Positions 60,384 to 64,000 of a DNA stretch of 64,000 bases are shown in pieces. Every line of letters starts with the position of its first letter. Position 1 is the first letter of the stretch. The notes under the pieces were generated by a model. The model saw nothing but the letters and a program-made list of their open reading frames with translations, was not told the origin of the DNA and did not search any database. The stretch is taken from the IMG/VR virus record IMGVR_UViG_3300036822_000086. One strand, written 5' to 3'. Both the position numbers and the translations under genes were made by a program. Source of the stretch: an uncultured virus (IMG/VR IMGVR_UViG_3300036822_000086). Taxonomy: Duplodnaviria; Heunggongvirae; Uroviricota; Caudoviricetes.

Positions 60384-60461
60384 TTCGACTTCGCCCACGT
60401 CACCGGCAACGGCGACGTCAACGGCGACGTCAACGGCGACGGCAGCGTCAACGTCAACGCA
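60384..60461 (+). repeat. hexamer array 6, 13 units (NN-CGNC on +)
   Basis: ttcgac ttcgcc cacgtc accggc aacggc gacgtc aacggc...; between two + strand genes. Confidence 0.8.
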
Positions 60462-60515
60462 CTGATGCAACGCTTCCAAGGTCTGTGCTTCGTAAGTACG
60501 GAGGGATGGGAGCAC

Positions 60516-60683
60516 ATGGATTTATTTGATCAATTCCCGCCTGAAATTCGCCAGCGGCTGCGCGACAGCCCGTTCAATCTGTGTGCAGCGTGCGTCGCAG
60601 ATGCAGGGCTCGCAGATGGCGGGAATTTTGATGCTGACTTACTGATGCAAGCGATTGAAAATATCGAGGCTTACCTTCGCTGA
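60516..60683 (+). CDS. small hypothetical protein
   Basis: GGAGGG RBS before MDLFDQFPPEIRQ; alternative ATG at 60465. Confidence 0.5.
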   Translation: MDLFDQFPPEIRQRLRDSPFNLCAACVADAGLADGGNFDADLLMQAIENIEAYLR

Positions 60684-60789
60684 TTAGCTCCGCTCGGGGA
60701 GCGTGGGCGTCGGGTCATAGAAAGGTGCTCTGCCGTTCGGCGAAGGGGATGACATCATGTGCGGTTCAAGAGCATCGCCCCACGCAAGC

Positions 60790-60819
60790 GGGGCGCCCCG
60801 ATCCGGGGCGCCCCTTTTT
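60790..60819. terminator. intrinsic terminator
   Basis: GGGGCGCCCCG-ATC-CGGGGCGCCCC followed by TTTTT. Confidence 0.7.
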
Positions 60820-60843
60820 GTAGACCGTCGAGGGCAGATAAGT

Positions 60844-61509
60844 TTAGGCCGCGAGCGGGCCCACGAGCTTGCGGCGATTGCGGAACATGAAGCCGAGCCC
60901 GACAAAGCCGAGCAGCATCATGCCCCAGGTTGACGGCTCGGGCACGGCCGACACGCTGATATCGATGCCGCCATTGAACGAACCTTCGCCGACCGACATG
61001 ATCGTGTAGTGCTCGTCGGCGGTGAATGTCGTGCCGGCGAACGCCGCGTTGATGGACGATGCCGCGTCGCTGACGCCAGTGAACACGGGAGTTGTGGCCA
61101 GCGTCGTGCCGTTGATTGTGGTCCGCTCGACCACTGACCATCCTGCCGATTGGCCCGATACCGAGAACGACGACAGGAAGTTCTCAAGGGCGTTCGGTCC
61201 CGCGAGGCCGGTCGCCGTGATGTCCAGGACCAGCGTGTGATTGCCAGTCGTGGTTTGATCCACGTCCAGCGTGTTGCTCGACAGGACACCCGGCGACGAC
61301 AGGAATGTCTGCGAGTTGATGGACAGGCTGTTCAGATTGAACGCGCCAAACGACTGGTTGGTGACGGTCAAGCTGCCATCGGGGCTCGATGCAGACCCTG
61401 CCGCCACTCCGTCAACCGTCGCCGTCAGATTGATGGCGTCGGCACGGGCCGCCACCGACAGCGCGAGCACAGCGACGCTCGCCAAGGCGAGAGACTTAAG
61501 CATGTGCAT
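60844..61509 (-). CDS. PEP-CTERM (PEPxxWA-type) surface protein
   Basis: Signal peptide; VPEPSTWGMMLLGFVGLGFMFRNRRK. Confidence 0.92.
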   Translation of the reverse strand: MHMLKSLALASVAVLALSVAARADAINLTATVDGVAAGSASSPDGSLTVTNQSFGAFNLNSLSINSQTFLSSPGVLSSNTLDVDQTTTGNHTLVLDITATGLAGPNALENFLSSFSVSGQSAGWSVVERTTINGTTLATTPVFTGVSDAASSINAAFAGTTFTADEHYTIMSVGEGSFNGGIDISVSAVPEPSTWGMMLLGFVGLGFMFRNRRKLVGPLAA

Positions 61510-61674
61510 TTTTCAACGTTCCTTCCGATTCTGTTTGATCTGGTAACTTGGTCGGGTTGATCTCATGTGGTCGCGGGCGCTATTGTTGTCCCCGTTGCCT
61601 CCGTATTGTTGGTGAAGGTTGCAGTGAGGGGCCGGGCCCAAAAGTCCGGCCCCTTTGCTTTCACAGGGTCGCGC

Positions 61675-62286
61675 TTACGCGAACGAAACCTTTCTGCGAT
61701 GGGTTCGGAAGGCGAAGCCGAGCCCGATGAAGCCCAACAACATCATCGCCCAGGTGCCGGGCTCAGGTACAGCCGAGGCCGCCGTTTCGATGCGGTTGTG
61801 TTCGAAGCTGAATATGCTTCCGGTGGAGTCAGTCAGCGAAAGTGAGTTGATCACTTCACCGTTGATGGCGTTCACCGTGAACCCGGACTGGCCATTGCCG
61901 ATGGTGCCGAGATCAAAGGTGAACGTTCCGTCCGTGGCGTTCACGGACAGATGCACGTCGCCTGTGCCCGTCAAGCTGAACACTTCCGTCGTGGTACCAA
62001 CTACGAAAGTGTTGGTCGGGTCGAACACTTGATCGGTCAGAGTACCGGTGTTGCCGATCTTTATGTCGTTGCCGTTGGCAGCGAACGTAAAGCCGGTCGC
62101 TAGGTCCGTGTAACGGACCACATCCATATGTTGGCCATTGAGATGACCAAGAGCACTGTTGGTACCCGAGGAGTCGGCGACGACGTTGTCGCCCGTCCCA
62201 CTCAGTTGAGTGAGAAGTTGAACGTCTGCCATCGCTGGCGACGCCAGCACCAAGCACAGTGCCGTGCCGAGTAAGAGTTTCTTCAT
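61675..62286 (-). CDS. PEP-CTERM (PEPxxWA-type) surface protein
   Basis: GGAGG RBS, signal peptide; VPEPGTWAMMLLGFIGLGFAFRTHRRK. Confidence 0.92.
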   Translation of the reverse strand: MKKLLLGTALCLVLASPAMADVQLLTQLSGTGDNVVADSSGTNSALGHLNGQHMDVVRYTDLATGFTFAANGNDIKIGNTGTLTDQVFDPTNTFVVGTTTEVFSLTGTGDVHLSVNATDGTFTFDLGTIGNGQSGFTVNAINGEVINSLSLTDSTGSIFSFEHNRIETAASAVPEPGTWAMMLLGFIGLGFAFRTHRRKVSFA

Positions 62287-62442
62287 GCGATTATCGCCTC
62301 CGTGCGATTTTGGGTGGGGGTTGGTTGCCCTAGTTCGCAACCTTACCACTCTGTCACCAAACCGCGTCGGAATGCCATACTATCGTTCGATAGGTGTCCA
62401 CCGAATGTTGACAGGCGCGAGCCAGCCTCTAGGCTCGCTGGC

Positions 62443-62772
62443 ATGCTTTATCGCCCACATCGCGCATCGTTCGCCGATGCGACGGCCGCCGTGGTCGAGT
62501 TGCCCGATCGCGCCGCCCTGATCGCCCATCTCGCCGCCGAACTGCGGCCGTGGGGTTTTGCGATCGAGGATGCCGACGTCCGCATCAAGCCCTACTGTTT
62601 CGATCAGCGCAACGGCTGGAACACCTACCTCGTAACCGTGCGCAACAAGTGCGTCGGCGATCATTGGCTGTTTGGCGCCCAATTGGGATCGGATTACTTC
62701 GGCGCCGTCGGTTTCACAGACGGCCCGGCTCTCACGCTGCGGGCCAGGATGGTGGCGATGCCAGGGCCATGA
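62443..62772 (+). CDS. small phage protein
   Basis: YRPHRASFADA...FDQRNGWNTYLV...GFTDGP. Confidence 0.6.
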   Translation: MLYRPHRASFADATAAVVELPDRAALIAHLAAELRPWGFAIEDADVRIKPYCFDQRNGWNTYLVTVRNKCVGDHWLFGAQLGSDYFGAVGFTDGPALTLRARMVAMPGP

Positions 62773-62801
62773 GCTTGGCGCCTTTCGAGCCGAACGTTTG
62801 C

Positions 62802-63044
62802 TCACCCGTTCGGCTCTAGCATCTTGATCGCCTCGATCCGGTTGACGATCGCCGCCAGACCAGCGCGCTGCGCCAAGTATTGAGCCCATAACGCTTCCGG
62901 GATCAAATACACCGGAATGTCAGGCTCAACAGCCAACGCATGCACCCCATCGATCGATTTGAGGCGCACCGCCGGGCCTCCAACAATGTCACCGGCCGCG
63001 ATAAACTGGGGCGCGTCGAGGTAGTCGCGGATCACCCGAACCAT
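62802..63044 (-). CDS. hypothetical protein
   Basis: 80-aa ORF with plausible composition. Confidence 0.5.
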   Translation of the reverse strand: MVRVIRDYLDAPQFIAAGDIVGGPAVRLKSIDGVHALAVEPDIPVYLIPEALWAQYLAQRAGLAAIVNRIEAIKMLEPNG

Positions 63045-63305
63045 GTGCTCATGCCGCCTTCAGGGTACCTACGATAATTTTCGCTACCTCACTTGCGGGC
63101 GTAAAAATTATCGCCGTTCACCGTCAGCCCCGGTAGAGATCGCGCCAGAACCGCCAGTGACGCATCTCGCGCAACTCCGCGCGGCTCGGCCGGTTGATCC
63201 ACATGCCAGCAATCCCGCCCGCCAGCAAGATCGCTGCGAACGCATAACGCTGCCACGCCGGCCAGCTTGCCATCTCCGTTTGCAGCATGATCGGCCCCGG
63301 CGTCA

Positions 63306-63524
63306 TCAGCGGCATGCTACAATCCGGCCTGCAACGCCGCCGTCATCGTCACCGCCATCGCTCCCGACGACGTCTTCGTCTACGTCTACGATTACCCCCG
63401 TCATCGAGCAGTGGCAGCACGGTTCCATGCAGACCACCGGAACGCCCGGCTCGATCTCAGGCATGTCGGCGTACTCGACCGCGAGGAAGCGAGCGCCGTG
63501 GCAGCACGGGCAGACGGCCTTCAT
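63306..63524 (-). CDS. small Zn-ribbon protein
   Basis: CPCCHG...PCCHCSMTG; ATGA-coupled. Confidence 0.55.
   Translation of the reverse strand: MKAVCPCCHGARFLAVEYADMPEIEPGVPVVCMEPCCHCSMTGVIVDVDEDVVGSDGGDDDGGVAGRIVACR
63333..63392 (+). repeat. hexamer array 7, 10 units
   Basis: aacgcc gccgtc atcgtc accgcc atcgct cccgac gacgtc ttcgtc tacgtc tacgat. Confidence 0.65.
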
Positions 63525-63700
63525 GCGTGCTTCGCAAGCGTGATGCTGCGCTTGATCTTTTCGGCGCGGCCCGGGCGGCGATCGATCGCGATGCGCCGAA
63601 CCTTGGGCTTTTTGAACCACACAGCGGTCGCGCGCTTGTTGCGATCGATCTCGCGGGTCACCTTGTAATCACGCGGCAGAATTGGCCGAATTTTTCGCAT
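63521..63700 (-). CDS. small basic protein
   Basis: MRKIRPILPRDY...; the frame is also open upstream to 63757. Confidence 0.45.
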   Translation of the reverse strand: MRKIRPILPRDYKVTREIDRNKRATAVWFKKPKVRRIAIDRRPGRAEKIKRSITLAKHA

Positions 63701-63748
63701 GGCGTTGTCGCTGGCGTTGCCGATGCCGTAGGCGTGGGCGTCGGCGTG
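63701..63748 (-). repeat. hexamer array 8, 8 units
   Basis: ggcgtt gtcgct ggcgtt gccgat gccgta ggcgtg ggcgtc ggcgtg; abuts ATG 63700. Confidence 0.7.
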
Positions 63749-64000
63749 GATCACCATCCTGCCCGAGCCCGGCTATCTGCGCAACGCGTTGCCCATATAG
63801 GCCGCGTTCGTTCCGGGACGCGAACATCCGGGCCGATCCCGGCCGATCCGGGCCGGTCGCAGAACGTTTCGTGTCCACTCACCAGCCCGTTTCAAATTTA
63901 CCATTAAAATCAAGGACTTATTTCCGGTACAACCCTGAGGAGGTTGTATTTTACGTTAGTATGTTAAAAGTTGAGTGCAGCCGCGCTCGCGGGATTGGCG

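Noticed and set aside
63926..63948. Inverted repeat TACAACC-N7-GGTTGTA in an AT-rich stretch
   Set aside because: Possibly an operator or packaging-related site, but it is a single copy at the window edge with no context to support a call.

Overview
This window is most of the genome of a GC-rich tailed phage. An alphaproteobacterial (Rhizobiales-like) host is inferred from gene style and PEPxxWA-CTERM genes. From right to left on the minus strand (about 59.8 to 17 kb) it carries terminase large subunit, a TPR-glycosyltransferase, accessory fibre genes, a fused prohead protease/HK97 capsid, portal, head-tail genes, a second capsid paralog, a Mu-like contractile tail and baseplate with two paralogous tape-measure genes, fibres and an amidase endolysin. 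The left 17 kb is an accessory/early region of small ORFs, a MoxR-type AAA + metallopeptidase/VWA + DUF3150-like trio, and a repeated TTGGAG-loop hairpin leader. The standout signal is a stand-alone Cas7/RAMP-like gene (2518-3261, minus) with no CRISPR array or other cas genes. It sits directly behind three arrays of a strictly 6-nt-periodic repeat made of a fixed 4-nt core and a variable dinucleotide (GRCG-NN on +, NN-CGYC on the gene strand). Five more arrays with the same grammar are scattered through the genome, including 61 in-phase units hidden inside the VWA gene. I propose, as inference, a repeat-RNA-guided RAMP system with a non-contiguous dinucleotide code. No integrase or replication genes were recognised. 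All protein calls come from motifs read by eye, not from database searches.
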